Assembly (NCBI GenBank): GCA_025603075.1
Contig: MU626259.1
Coordinates: 186,001 to 250,000 of the forward strand
Reading direction: 5' to 3'
Source of the DNA: Neoconidiobolus thromboides FSU 785
Taxonomy: Eukaryota; Fungi; Entomophthoromycota
Length of the DNA stretch: 64,000 nt
Numbering within the stretch: position 1 is the first letter of the stretch; each line of letters opens with the position of its first letter. A model generated the notes under the pieces. That model was not told the origin of the DNA and searched no databases. It saw only the letters and a list, made by a program, of their open reading frames with translations. Below, piece after piece: positions 1-13,500 of this stretch. Both the position numbers and the translations under genes were made by a program.

Positions 1-545
1 CGGATTTACCTAAATATAAAATAGATTTTCCACAAATAGATAAAGTAGGGTGGTATTGAGTAAATAATTCATTTATCCTCTACATTAGTTTAATATAGTT
101 TTATTTGATGATAGGTCACTTAGGGGTTCTGACCTTTTAAAAAAGTAAAAGAATAAAAAAATAAAAAAAATAATCAATGTAAACGTAAAATGTATGATAT
201 TGTTAGAATTGGTCTTCTTTACACTTATAATAGCTCATACTGAAACTATGTCTACTAAAGATTCCCTTCGTCTACTTTCCTCACTTTTATCTACCCTAAT
301 CCCAGTTGTTTCAAATGAAATTCCCTGCTTTGTTTTTTAAATTTCTTTGAGATGCCTTCAAACTCTTTTAATACTACTTGGAGCATAGGAAACACTTTAA
401 ACTCTTGATACATTAACTCTATCAAACTTTATTCAAAGGATCTTTCTCTTTGGTTTCTTTTCGGTTCACCTTTGATTATTTTTTTATCTAAATAAGAATA
501 CAATATCAGTGACATTAATTTTTAAAAATATACTAATATATATAT

Positions 546-648
546 ACGGGAATGTTTTTTTGATTTCATCATTTTTCCTATCTTTTAAACACTATTTGAG
601 TGAAAAGGGTATCTAGTAAAATTCTTAAACAAAAAAATACATCTTCAT
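546..648 (+). mobile_element. ~100-bp MITE-like repeat family A, copy 1
   Basis: gggaatgttttttt..cactatttgagtgaaaag..gtaaaattcttaaac..aatacatcttcat; the strand label is an arbitrary orientation. Confidence 0.75.
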
Positions 649-2103
649 ATTTTCCAATGCTTTTTGATATTAATAAATATGTAAATATGTTTCTTTTGTT
701 GTTAATTTAATTACAAAGGTAGGTTTAAAAGTTTGCGAATTTAGCTTTTTCTAATAAATAAAGTATTTTTTTTCTATACAAATATAACATACATGTCTAA
801 AATTGCCTACAGATTTCTATTAATTGAATAGCCTATTTCCAACATATAATCATTATTGATGAGAATTTTAGAACTTAAAGCAAATTTCTACTTTTTCATT
901 TAGTAAAGAAAATGTGCCATATACCACCATTTATGAAATTTTGGATATCTTAATAATAAATAATACAATTAGTATTGAATTCGAGATTTATAATATTTGT
1001 AGCTTGTATTATAGATTATTCTAAAAGGTTTTACATGCCAAAAGCCTTAGGACTTTGTAATACTAGACTATTCTATTTGTAAAGTCATTTTAAAATTTGT
1101 ATATTTTTTTATATCTCAAAAGATAACAATTCAATTAATTTAAACCTTTGTATATATATAAATGATATACTGAATAATAAATTTATAAAAATAAAGCTCA
1201 TTTAATTTAATTAATATACTCTTATTTAACATAGTTTTTGAGCTTTTTATTCTCCCCTTATAATGTCAAGGGTTATATTTAGAATATAATAATTTTACAC
1301 TTGAATTATTAAGTCTGTTTTTACAACTTTTACACTTAAAATGGAACATAATATTGAAATAAAAATAAAATAATTTTAATTATTTGATTGTTATGTTAAA
1401 GCAATAATATATTATTTTTTATATATCACTAATTGTTTAAATGGAAATAATAACAACATATATTAACTTAATATCATTCTTTAATTTGAGTTATAAATTG
1501 TTATTTCTTACCAAAAAAGGATTAATAAAAAAATGGGTAATATTCTTTAAAAAAATTGAGCATTTTCAAAAACTTGAGAGAAACTAAACTAACTTTGATT
1601 ACGTCTTTTAGTTAGTATTAAAATTAGGTAACCTGCTAAAGTTTAATTATCTTAAAATCTTTTATAAATAAAGTTCTCATGTTATTATTATTATTATTAG
1701 TAATATTAAATAGATGTGAATACTAAAAAATAAAAAGCCCTATATAAAATTAATCAATGTTATCATTTTTAATCTTTTAACTATATTTGTTAAAATTTCC
1801 CCTTATTTTACAATCCTAAAAAATGTAAAATATTAACTAGTATTTTATAAAACATTTAATCTTTGATATTAAAACAGTATAAGCGAACAATTTCTCCATA
1901 AAAAAAGAACCTTATTACAGAGGGATCTTTTATTTAAAGAATAATACAACATAAAAAATGAGTTTTTTTTTTGAAAAAAACTAAGCCAGGTTTGGAGATC
2001 AACGGAAAAACTTAATAAAAATAATATAAAACTTTTAAACATATTCAACAATAGACAGTAGTAGTAACTTCTACTTAATTTTTGGAACTAAAAAATTGCT
2101 TTC

Positions 2104-3213
2104 CTATTCAATCTCTTTGCAACCGGCACCCTTCCCATCTTCATTATATTTTTTAACTCGATCATGAATTCTAAGGTGCTGTCTCAAATTATCACTACGG
2201 GAGAACCTTTTATTACATGTGATATTTGGACAAACGAAGGGACGTTCTTGAGTATGGACCCCTTGATGACGACGTAAATGTTCCGATCTCTTAAACTTCA
2301 TAAAGCATCCTTGTACCTGGCATAAAAAATATTTTATTGGGTTACCTTCCCCATCCAACCCTTCCCAAACTACATTATTATTATTGTTATACCAAGATCG
2401 ATTTCTACCAGGTCTTCCAGGACCTGGTTTCCCAAAGTCAAGTGAAGCTACCCTCGGCCTATACCTTCCTACTAAATCGCTGGGATCCATCGGTCTTAAA
2501 TTAGTTTGCATAGAGTTGGGATATTGACCTTGTAAATTGGTATGTTGAGAGTTATAAATAGCAGGTGTAGAAAAGCGTCTAAAAGTATCATTTGGATTCA
2601 TATTAAAAGCATCTGGTTCTAAACAGAAACGTGACTGAGATTGAAGCTTGGTTTCATTTTCTGTTTCATGGATAGGTGGTATATTAGGTAAAATATTAGG
2701 AAGTAAATTTGTATAATGAGATCGATAATGAGCTGCGTATTTATTAGGACGTACATACGTTTTTGTACAACCATTAAAAGGACAGTGTAGTCCTTGATTT
2801 AAATTATGAATTGTTAAATGTGATCTAAAAGCTTCTAAGGTAGGGAACTTAGCTCTACACTCTTTTTCCCCACATTCATAAGCAAAATTAGCATGTAGTG
2901 GTAATTGTGAACTATATTCTGGTATTGGTAACGAATGTTTTCTATGAAGATCATCATTATCTTGTTGATATCTTGGAATATCAAAACTAGATATTGATGG
3001 AAGTGATAATCTTCTTGGTGACGAAGGTCGATTGTATAGTTGAGATGTTGTTACCAAAGGTGGTGGAAATTCATTTGTTGTTGTAGCAATATGCTCTTTA
3101 ATTGAAGGTAACCAAACATTAGAAGTATTTGCTCTAGGCATTAAACTCTGATTTTCATGCTCCTTAAAAGGAGCTAATTTTTCAAATTGATGATTTAAAT
3201 CCATATTGTCCAT
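2104..3213 (-). CDS. C2H2 zinc-finger transcription factor, Msn2/Msn4/Seb1-like, with two extra central fingers
   Basis: C-terminal finger pair [19 protein letters not shown]...[19 protein letters not shown] matches the Msn2/4 recognition helices (RSEHL, RSDNL). Two more C2H2 fingers lie centrally (CGEKEC..H..H, CPFNGC..H..H). PKA-type sites RRLS and RRFS. Intronless; likely start MDNMD at 3213 (ORF track starts 3270). Confidence 0.85.
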   Translation of the reverse strand: MDNMDLNHQFEKLAPFKEHENQSLMPRANTSNVWLPSIKEHIATTTNEFPPPLVTTSQLYNRPSSPRRLSLPSISSFDIPRYQQDNDDLHRKHSLPIPEYSSQLPLHANFAYECGEKECRAKFPTLEAFRSHLTIHNLNQGLHCPFNGCTKTYVRPNKYAAHYRSHYTNLLPNILPNIPPIHETENETKLQSQSRFCLEPDAFNMNPNDTFRRFSTPAIYNSQHTNLQGQYPNSMQTNLRPMDPSDLVGRYRPRVASLDFGKPGPGRPGRNRSWYNNNNNVVWEGLDGEGNPIKYFLCQVQGCFMKFKRSEHLRRHQGVHTQERPFVCPNITCNKRFSRSDNLRQHLRIHDRVKKYNEDGKGAGCKEIE

Positions 3214-3372
3214 CTCTTTTTGAATTTTTTGTAGCATTAAAAAGATAAAAAATAAAAACGATAAATTCATTAGCTAAAACATCAATTTAAATAAAAACTA
3301 CTAGAATTCTTTTAATTGGTTGCTTTTTTTCTACCATTTGTTTGTCTATAATTTATGGCTTCGTGCTGGTTC

Positions 3373-4638
3373 AGGGGTGTGCTATTACTTGAATAAGGGA
3401 TAGGGGATATTTAGAATTTGCCCCTTGAGGCTAATATGATGTAAAGTTTTTTAAATGTTAATCCAGCCACATTAGAACATTTTTTTCCAAATTAGCTTGG
3501 TCACAAGCTTCCAGCTGAGAGTTGATTAAATTATCCACCAATTAAAATAGTAGTTAAATTTATGCCTAAATCAATGTTTAGAACAAGCGCTTTTTTAAAT
3601 AATCAAATCAAGATTATTTTATAGATATTTACTAATTACAATATGCTAATAGAAGATAATTTTTGAGTGGAATGAAAAAGGAGAAAGCAAGTGAAACCAA
3701 TAAAAGATAAAGTTCACGTTTTACCCCTTTTCAATTTGTTAAAAAAGAATTGCTTCATAATTTTTTTGTATTTGAAACCAAAAAAAGTAAATTAACATAA
3801 TAGCTAAATGCAATATCTAAAATTAGTATCTTTCCCTAAATTTGTTAAAAATTTCTATTAAAACCGATATAATCCTATTGTCTTTTTCAAATAAATGGTT
3901 GAAATACTTCATACATAATGCAACTTTCATTAGCGCGTTAAAAAACGCTCAATTTTTTGATGAACCTCAAGTTGGCAAATACCTAAATGCTTAATCGTGG
4001 GCTTATGAAAGACCAATATTTAATAATTATTATTATTATTAAAAATTTGAATAAAGCATCAATATCTTTATTAAAAATAAGTCTTAATCTCTTTTAAATT
4101 AAATTTCAGTTTACTCTTCTTTTCACACCCATTTTATTAAGTTTTAATTTATTAAATTCACAGTGAAAGTCGTTGAAAATTGTTTTATTATATAAAAGTT
4201 AAAGATTCTTATTAATTTAAAATAGTGCATTTTACTTAGTTAAATGATTAATAGAGCATATAAGAACAAGTATAAAATAATTAGGTTGTAATTTGTTATC
4301 TTTTTAATAATCGAAACGCTTTTTTTAAATGAGTTCATCTTTTTGTTATTTATGAATTAAAGCCATTGTGCTATTTATTATATTTTTCCATGTTTAGACT
4401 TTCAAATAAAATTTTAAAATTAATAGGAGAAGATAACCGGGCATTGTTGTTGAATAGAAAAAGGGGATAATGGAGGATAAATAAAGGGTAGTAGAAGGCT
4501 AAATAGCAATGTATTAATTAAATACTCCACTTTTTTTATTAACTGAGTGGAAAATTATAACCCAAAACTTATTATAATAGAAGGTATAATATGGACTAGT
4601 TATTATAAGAAACTTCAATAACTTGTTAAAAATAGGGG
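3373..4638. promoter_or_regulatory. Cluster of six STRE-like AGGGG/CCCCT motifs upstream of the Msn2-like gene
   Basis: AGGGG at 3373, 3402, 4462, 4634 and CCCCT at 3421, 3724, in AT-rich DNA directly upstream of the minus-strand TF. Confidence 0.5.
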
Positions 4639-5355
4639 CTAAAAAGGGACCCTTTTTTATAATGGAAAGGAAAAGGGATAAGAAAATAATTGTAACTTTT
4701 TTTAGTTATCTTTATTACTGTTTAAGATGATGAGGAATTCTTTTATTATGTAACGAAAATACAAGTTACTAATTGGAACTTTTTTTAAAAAATCACAATG
4801 TCTATTATATAATATGATTTTATTGATTTTTAAATAAACTTAGTGCTTTCCTACTCTATGTTATTATTCTTTAACTTTAAATGTTTACTTATTTTTTTAT
4901 AAATAAAAAATCAGTTTCATAATATTAAATACTATCATATTTTGTAACTATTAAAAGATTTCATAAGCTTTTTGTTAGTTTTTGAATAAGATTGATATTA
5001 AACTATAAGCCTATAGATATGATAACTAGACTAAATGTGTCATATTTTTTATCATAAACAGTAATTCATTAAAAAATCTCAAATATTTATTCAATGACCA
5101 AATATAAAAGTTTTTCGAAGTTTTCGTTAGTAATTTAATATTCTTTTTAAAAACTCTAAATTATGGCCATTTTCTATAATAGTAACCACACTCAACACAT
5201 CAATGTTTAATTCCTAGATATACTATATATGATTATCTTCAGTCATATAAAATAAAAAACAGTTTATTATTCTCCCCAAGAAAAACTCTTATTAATATAA
5301 TTAATATAACTGGGACTTAATTAAATATCAATGTTTTCAACTTAATAAACTAAAC

Positions 5356-5456
5356 ATGGGGATGTTTTCTAGTTTTATTACTTCTTCCATTTTTTAAGCG
5401 CCATTTGAGCAGAAAGATTGTTAGTACAATTCTTAGACAAAAAAATACATCCCCAT
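5356..5456 (+). mobile_element. Family A, copy 2 (intact TIRs)
   Basis: atggggatgtttt ... aaaatacatccccat, with the shared core. Confidence 0.85.
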
Positions 5457-7373
5457 ATTTTATCTTGAATTTTAAGCTTTTAACCTCTTACATAAATAAT
5501 GACACTATTTGCATAACAATCTAGAATGCAATTTTTTTTATCACAATGTTAGTTTTTTCTTTATCTTTATTTGATTTTTATTTACAAATGTTAATAATAT
5601 TTTACATGTATTGTTCACTCAAAAAATACTCAACTCATTATGTTAATATTGGTATAAGAGCAGATGATGGTATATAACCGAATGTAAATAGCAGAAAATC
5701 CAATATTAAAATTATTTTTAGTAATACGATAGGCTAGTCTTCCAAATTTTAGTCACTATATTAAAGCAATCCTAGTTTTAAATAGTTTCTAAAATGCTAA
5801 TAAATAAAAATGTAAAACAATGATTTTATTGCCCATTTACTTACTTTTGGTAACAACTATTCATTAGATTTTTTAATTAAATTTTTGTTTTGAAAGCCAT
5901 TTAAATTACGATATTTTTCATTTCAATTGAAAATACTAAATTAGTTAAAAATATTTTCTCACTATTCTCCTAACACACCACTTATGTATTTTTATAGATT
6001 TAGCTGTGATTAGAGTACCTACAGGTATTCCTATTCAAGTACTGAATATAAATATTAGAGCTATTTAATATCCATTAGTTTTACATATCTCTCAATAGCT
6101 GAAAATCCTACTCAAGTGCCCTCAAATATTGGTTTTATTTTTAATAGGCAGACTTTTTACTGATTTTTTAGTTGGGGAAATTAATATCTAAACTTTTGAG
6201 GTATTTCAAAATGGCTTTATTTTTTATACTAATTGATACAAAAGTCTTTTGACTGCAACATAAATAATTTATGTCAAAATTAACTTTGAAACAAATTTGA
6301 CAGAATTTTAAAGCAAATTGACTTAATCTAAACTGCAAAAATTATATAATATTTAATTAAATTTATAATAGCTTGAAAAGATTATAAGTTCAGTATAAAA
6401 ATGATTATTGACTTTTTATATAAAAAGTATAAAATTTTAATATATAAAAAATCATTATGTTAAAATTTATATTAAACTAAGTTTAAAGTTAGCATTTTCT
6501 GATTTTATAATTAAATTGTAATAAAGCTACAACAATTGTATACCAAGTTGCTCAAATTAATTTTTAATATATTTTAAGGATTTTAATATTGATTATTTTA
6601 TTATTATAAATATATTAAATTATATAACAAAAAATCATATATATTTTTCAAATGTATAATTTATTATTATCTATATTGAATAAATATATTTTATTTTTAA
6701 ACTAAGTATTTTTTAAAATATTATTTTACTAATTTTTTGGTAGCATTTTTTATATTATCAGCCTTGAACTTAACCATACTTATTATGCGAAATATCACTT
6801 TGTCAGCTCTATGATTGATTATAACATAATGGTAACTTAAGTTGTTGTGCTCTCGAGTCCAGGCACAATTAATCTCGAGTTTTTATTTTAATTTGCTATG
6901 AGAATTTCTGCCATATAATCCCGAAGAACATTATCTCCCCGTTTTGATATCCATATTTATTAGAGTATAGAAGAGATTCTTCAACATAATAACTCAAGAT
7001 TTATAAATAAAAATTGAAATGTTTTAATTTGTAGTATGCAATTTCAATTCGTAACTAGCAACTTATAGAGGATTTGTTAAGAACTTTTTCTAAAGAAATG
7101 GTTCGAAAAATTTATTTGAATAAACAATAGTATTAATAAGCATAATAAAAGAAACCAAAAAGAAACTATCAAAAATTTATATTATTTACAATAATTATCA
7201 TTGCACTCAGATTAAATTCTATTTTACTAGCTAATCAAGAACTTAATGTACAAAATTAATTTTATTGAAAAAATTAACCCAGAATTGCTTTCCTCAGTTT
7301 TCAAATATCATCAATTTCAAACTTGAGAATCAATTTTAATTTTTGAAAGTTTTAAAGTTTAATAGTCTTTATA

Positions 7374-8655
7374 ATGAACCCAACGTTAACTACCAAAAAT
7401 GAAATAGTCGCAACAGTAACCTTTCGAGGCTGTATACTTAAAGGAGATGAAAATTGTAGTTTGAATAAAGGAGAAGTAATGGAATATTTAGAAACCAATT
7501 TACTCCCTAATTTAGGTTTGAGCATCTTTGGTCGACGATTACTCAAACCGGGTAACGATAAATTTGACCAAGAAACTCAAGAGATTGAAATAACCGAATA
7601 TTTATTAACAATGAATACCTCGGATGAAATTGAATTATTAAGAAAAGTCAATGAGTTACAAAGTATTCCTATTAAGGATCGAGAATATTTTTTAAAATAT
7701 GGATTGGAAATTAATTTCCAAAAATTGGATGTATTTTATAGGAATAAACGATTAATTGTTTTCGATATGGATTCCACTTTGATTAAACAAGAATGTATTG
7801 ATGAGTTGGCAGGTTTATATGGGGTAAAGGGCGAGGTATCGGTAAGATTAAAAATAATGTTATTTATTTAATGAAAATAATTCAACCTATTGAATTAATA
7901 TATAGAAAATCACCGAGTTAGCTATGCAAGGTCAACTAGATTTTACTCAAAGTTTAAAAGCCCGAGTCAGCCTACTCAAAGGAGCATCAGTGGATATAAT
8001 TGAACAAGTAAAACAAAAGATTGAATTTACAGCAGGTGCTTTACCATTATGTAAATGTTTAAAAGTTTTAGGTTATCAATTAGCCGTTGTTTCTGGGGGC
8101 TTTTTGCCATTAGCAGAATATGTTAAAGAAACTCTAAATTTGGACTTTGCTTTTGCTAATCAGGTAGGTTGGAAAAAGAGATGAGGGTTAAATGGGATTT
8201 TAAACTGCTCTTTTTTTTAGTTACAAGTTAGCCCAGATGGCAACTATTTAACAGGTGAATTGGTAGGTGATATTGTTAGTGCCGAAAGAAAAGAAGAGAT
8301 ACTAAAAATGTTAAGTGGAAAATTTAATTTGAATTTGAAGCAAGTAAGAGATAAATAGAATTAGATTAATTAATAAGTTGATCTTAATAAATTTTCAAAG
8401 GTTATGGCCGTAGGCGATGGAGCCAATGATTTATTGATGATGAAAACAGCTGGATTAGGTGTGGCTTTTAATGCAAAATCAAAAGTTCAAGAAGAAGTAA
8501 GGAAAAATAATCAAACTGATAACTATATAACAATAGAATTTTATTTTTAATAGGCCCAAGTGTGTTTAAATCAAGCGAATTTATTAGGCGTATTGCATTT
8601 ATTAGGTTATACTACACACGATATAAAAGAATTATTATCAATTACACAACAATAA
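7374..8655 (+). CDS. SER2: Phosphoserine phosphatase (HAD family), 5 exons
   Basis: HAD motif I FDMDSTLIKQECIDELA, VVSGGF, and GDGANDL in a spliced exon at ~8401-8496. Introns ~7844-7904, 8164-8220, 8344-8400, 8497-8552 have GT..AG ends; stop TAA at 8653-8655. Confidence 0.93.
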
Positions 8656-8746
8656 AATAGTTATTCTATGTTATATAATTTATTCTTTTTATTTCTATTC
8701 TGTTTCATCTATCTCTCCATCTTCGCAACCTTCAACTCTTCACACT

Positions 8747-10442
8747 CTATTGTAACCCTCTAACAATAGATGGTACTTTAGTCTCCACTTTAAACTCGGA
8801 TGTATCTTTAATAATAGGTTCTCTCACTGAAATACCATGACCATTTCTTGAGTAAGCATTGATTTGGATGTTTTTTTGCTTCCAAAAAGCAATTGAAAAC
8901 CAGCCTAAACCATCTAAGCAAATGTCTTTTACTGCTTGCTGTTTAATCCCTTGTGATTCGATTGTCAATCCTTCAATGCTGGGGATCATTGGTTTAAGGG
9001 TATAGGTAGATTCTCTATCAGGATCCGAAGGATCTGGTAAATTTAATATATTTTTTTTATTACCATTGAGTTCAATAGTAAGTTCATCCGCTTTCTTTAA
9101 ATTGGTCATATGTAGGGGTACTATACTATAAATAGTGATATATACCGGATATTCACTTTCTATTAAATCAAATCGTGCTAAACCAGAGAAAAAGAGAGAT
9201 GTATCTATAATAATATTGATTCTATTAACTCCATTTAGAACATAAAAAACTAAACTTACTTGGTTTCCAAACAAAAGTTTTAACATTGATCGGTTTATTA
9301 GGCAATACTTGGATCATTTCCCTATAACTTAAATAGTGCAATAATTGGTTAGGATTAAATAGACCTGGTGTATCATAAATATAGGTCTCCTTATTACTCT
9401 TTCCTTCTTGTTGATCCAATTTCATTACTTCACTTAACTTAAATTTCACCATATCCATCGTTGTCCCTGGTACAATAGATGTTGTTAACTTAGCATGCTT
9501 TTTCCTACTCATTTTTAATAAACAATTCATCAATTGAGACTTCCCAACATTAGTACAACCTAATAAATAAATATCATTTAATTTGTCTTTTGTTAAGACC
9601 TCAATCATTTTCTTCACACCTTCCTCTTTTTTTGCTGAAATAGGAATGATATATATTACATTCCTTAAAATATCTAATTCAATTAACCTCTCACGAATAT
9701 ACCTTAGTATCATTGTCTTGGTGATGCTTTTAGGTAATAAATCCATTTTATTAATAACTAAAACTACACTTCTTTTTTCTTGTTTTTGAATGAGTGCTTG
9801 CTTTAATCCATTTAGTAAAGAAGAACTTAAATCAAAGATATCAATAACATAAACTAATTTACTATCTTTTTTATCTAACAAAGTATTGAGATAGGACATA
9901 TCAATTACAGAATTATTCTTCCAACTGGTTTGTAATTTATTATGATTGTTCAAATAATAACAACGCTGACAATACTTCGTTTTTGTTTTTTTCAAATCAA
10001 TTGGGGTGGGTAAATTATTCTTTTCAAATGCTAATAAATTATCTGGTGCTAACTCCATCTCACTAAGATTGAAGTCTAATTGACTTGTACTAAGTAATAT
10101 TTGGATTTCATCTCTTGATAATGATTTACTTCCTTTTTGGTAATTTGAAATTGATTTCTTGCTCTCAACTTCTTGTTCATTATAATAGCCAGCTTTTAAA
10201 TTGTCTTTCGATTGAAATTGACTGCCGCAACCAGGACATTGATTCAATTGATTTTGTAAATAAGTGGACTTGGACTGCACATGTTTACTTTTGGTTTCTA
10301 CATGATAACAGCGAAGTGTAGAAGTAGGGTTAATAATCATAGTAGTCATAGTAGTTGGTGTGGTTAATATTGAAGCTAAAGGTCTGAAGTTGACATATTT
10401 GATTAATGAATATTGATTCTTTGAAATTGACTTTAAAATCAT
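8747..10442 (-). CDS. GEP3: Circularly permuted mitochondrial ribosome-assembly GTPase (YqeH/NOA1/Gep3 family), 2 exons
   Basis: CPGCG and CQRC zinc ligands, G4 NKMD, G5 SAK, G1 GCTNVGKS, G2 TTSIVPGTT, G3 DTPG in permuted order. An intron at ~9205-9259 joins KTFVWKP to NTSLFFSGLARFD. Basic, hydroxylated N-terminus resembles a presequence. Confidence 0.88.
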
Positions 10443-10594
10443 ATTAAAATGTAAAAATGTAAAAATATGAACAAATTTCCAACAAAAAAAAATTGGCCAT
10501 CTAAAATCTAAACTTAGCCAACAAATTCAATCTAAACTAAAATAATGTAATTAAATTTCAAACTCAATTATTTCTTTTTTTTTTTACTGTTACT

Positions 10595-13500
10595 ATGTTT
10601 TTAAATCGAATATATGAATTATCGCTGATCACTGAAGAAGATTTAGAGACTTCCATTCTCAAATCTTTCCCAGAAGAGGTAAGTCGTAAACTGGTTCAGG
10701 AAATCACGGAGATGCTTTTACAGAATCGACGAGACATGATTCAATTATACACTACTTCGCACATTGATTGGGTACAACAGGTGTTAGGTTATGGTTTCAG
10801 TTTAGATTTACATCAAGCACATATCATTGAGTCATGTATTATGATTTATTCCCAATGGTTATTAGAAACTCATACTCGACCCGTTTATTTTACCGATAAT
10901 ACACCATTATCAAGTGCTAGTCAATTGGCCATTAATCAACCTCAAATTAATACTGAAGTGAAAAAGAAATATGAGCAGAAATTTTTACAAAGATGTTTTT
11001 TGCATTTGAGTCAAATTTTCCATTTTAAAGAACCATTGGGGAATGTAGAGGATTTATTGAAGGGGAATCTAAGTAATAATGGTAATTTTAATTTAAATAC
11101 ATCCGATTTGAATAGTTCAAGTACTGGATTAATACAGAGATTTATTGATTTATGTAAGCATGTATCAGCTTTGTATGCTTCTATTGGGAGATCTATTGGT
11201 CATCAATTATCGGAACAAAGTTGGCATATATTATTAAAGTGTATATTGGGTATTACAGATCAAATATTAAGATTAAATATAACAGCTAGTCCATTTCACA
11301 CATTCAATTCATTAGAAAACCAAGACATGGAGAGCATTAATAGGATGGAAAGTATCAGTAATAGTAATAATATTCATATGGAGCATAATAATAATAGTAA
11401 TACTTTACAAAGTAAATTGAGTTTAATTGCAGATGTATTATGCGACAGTATATTAAGAACCTTATTTGAATTATGGTTAAGAAGTGAAGTTCATGATGGG
11501 TTATTATGGGATCGATTTGAAGAATGCTTTAATCATTGGTCACATCGACCCAATGTTATTCAACATTGGATAGTTATATTAGAATCATTAGCAAGTAGAT
11601 TAGTTTATATATTATATGACACTGGAGCTAAATTAGGTACACAAGAAGTTATTATTAATCAATTAGGCTATAATATTAAATTAAAATTAAGTAATGATAC
11701 TGTATATTTTTTATTTTATAAAGTCATGTATTTATTAGAACCTAATATTAGTATTAGTAATAAATGTTGGGATATTATTATTAAAGGCATGAACAAAATT
11801 TACATTATATTAACAGAAATTCAACCAATTAAATTAAATAATAATCAAAAACAGAATAATATATCTGGTAATAGTATATTAAGGTTAATTGGACAATGGT
11901 TATTTTTAAATATTCAACAAATTAAAGAAAAAAGTAATGAAGTTCAATTTAATTTATATAAATTATTATGTCAATTATTTTCAATACGAAACATTAGTAC
12001 ATTTTCTAAAGAATATAAAAATGAATTTATTAAGTTAGTTCAATTTGGTTTAGATTACGATGTCATTTTACAAGCTATTTTAATTTATTCATCCAAACTG
12101 TTTTGTTCTATTCATGCTGCAGAATTGTTATTACCAAGCTATTTAATTAGTATTAAACAAATTGTTCCTACTTTAAAGCCAGGATTTAAATTAATAGAAC
12201 CTATTGATATTATTAGAAATGGTATATTAAAATTAATTGAACCAGCATTAATATTACCTTATAAATATCCTTATCTTAAATTACCAGAGGATTTTAAATT
12301 ACAATTAAATTTACCAAAGATATTTGATAGTATCTTGCAGGACATTAAAGAAGAAGAGAAACAAGAATTTTCTTATTTAAAGTATTATTTAATTCAATTA
12401 ATTTATCAATTTTTATTAAGTGAAACAGAAGCTACAAACTTTCAATTAAGTTTAAACCATATGTTATTATTAATATCAAATGATATTCAAAATCATCAGA
12501 AATTAATAATTATATTCTTAAAGATTTGTATTCAACATATAATTAAAATTCATCTGTCAGAAGATATGGTAATTCATTGTTTTAATAGTCTAAAAGATTT
12601 ATTATTACAAATGAAGTTTAGTAATAATGAAAAGGAAGAGGATAATGAAGAATTAATATTAATAACTAAACAATTATTAATTCGAGTAAGTGAATTTATA
12701 TTAGAATTATTAAATCAAGATAATTTAGTGTTAAACTATAAATCTATTATATCAGCTTATGATTTATTATGTTATTATGTATTAAAACTATCCAAATATA
12801 ATTTAATTAATAATAATGATGATAACCATAATGAACTATTTATTCAACAATTATTTACAATAATTAATTATGGATTAAATATTCAATATTCAATTAATAA
12901 AATAAATAAATATGAAGTAGAAAATAATGATTATAATTTAATTAAACAAAAAATTCATTTATTAAGTCAACAATTATTTTATTATTGCTTTAATATTAAT
13001 GAAGATAATGAAATGAATGAAAATGATAGTTATTTTTCATTAAATAATTGTTTATTACAATTGAAAGTATATCAAAATCATCAATTAATAATAATTATTC
13101 GAAACCCATTTAATAAAGTAGCCTTTTCATTAAAAAGAGTTAAAGTATTAGAATTAAAAAAAGGTACACCAATATTATCACCTATATTTAATAAAACAAT
13201 TGCATTAAAATCACCTAATGTACCAATACAAACACCAAATTTCGATTTTAATAGAATGAGCAAAATTAGTATTATTGAAAAAGAAGTAAAAGAAGTAAAA
13301 GAAGAGAATCGAATTAGTCAAAGTGAATCTAGTATTACAGATATTCAACAAGATAATTTTATAAAATTTCAACAATTAATTGAGTTACAAAAACAAAATG
13401 AAATGAATTATATACAACATAATACTCAATATCAGCATCAAAAAGAAAGTAAAATACAATTAGAAAATCAATTAAAACAAGAATATAATAGTAATAGTCA

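Noticed and set aside
3430-3520. Possible C/D snoRNA (ATGATG ... CTGA)
   Set aside because: Imperfect C box, no terminal stem and no recognisable rRNA complement.
7095-7112. GGTTCGAA resembling a tRNA T-loop
   Set aside because: No cloverleaf, D-arm or acceptor stem nearby.
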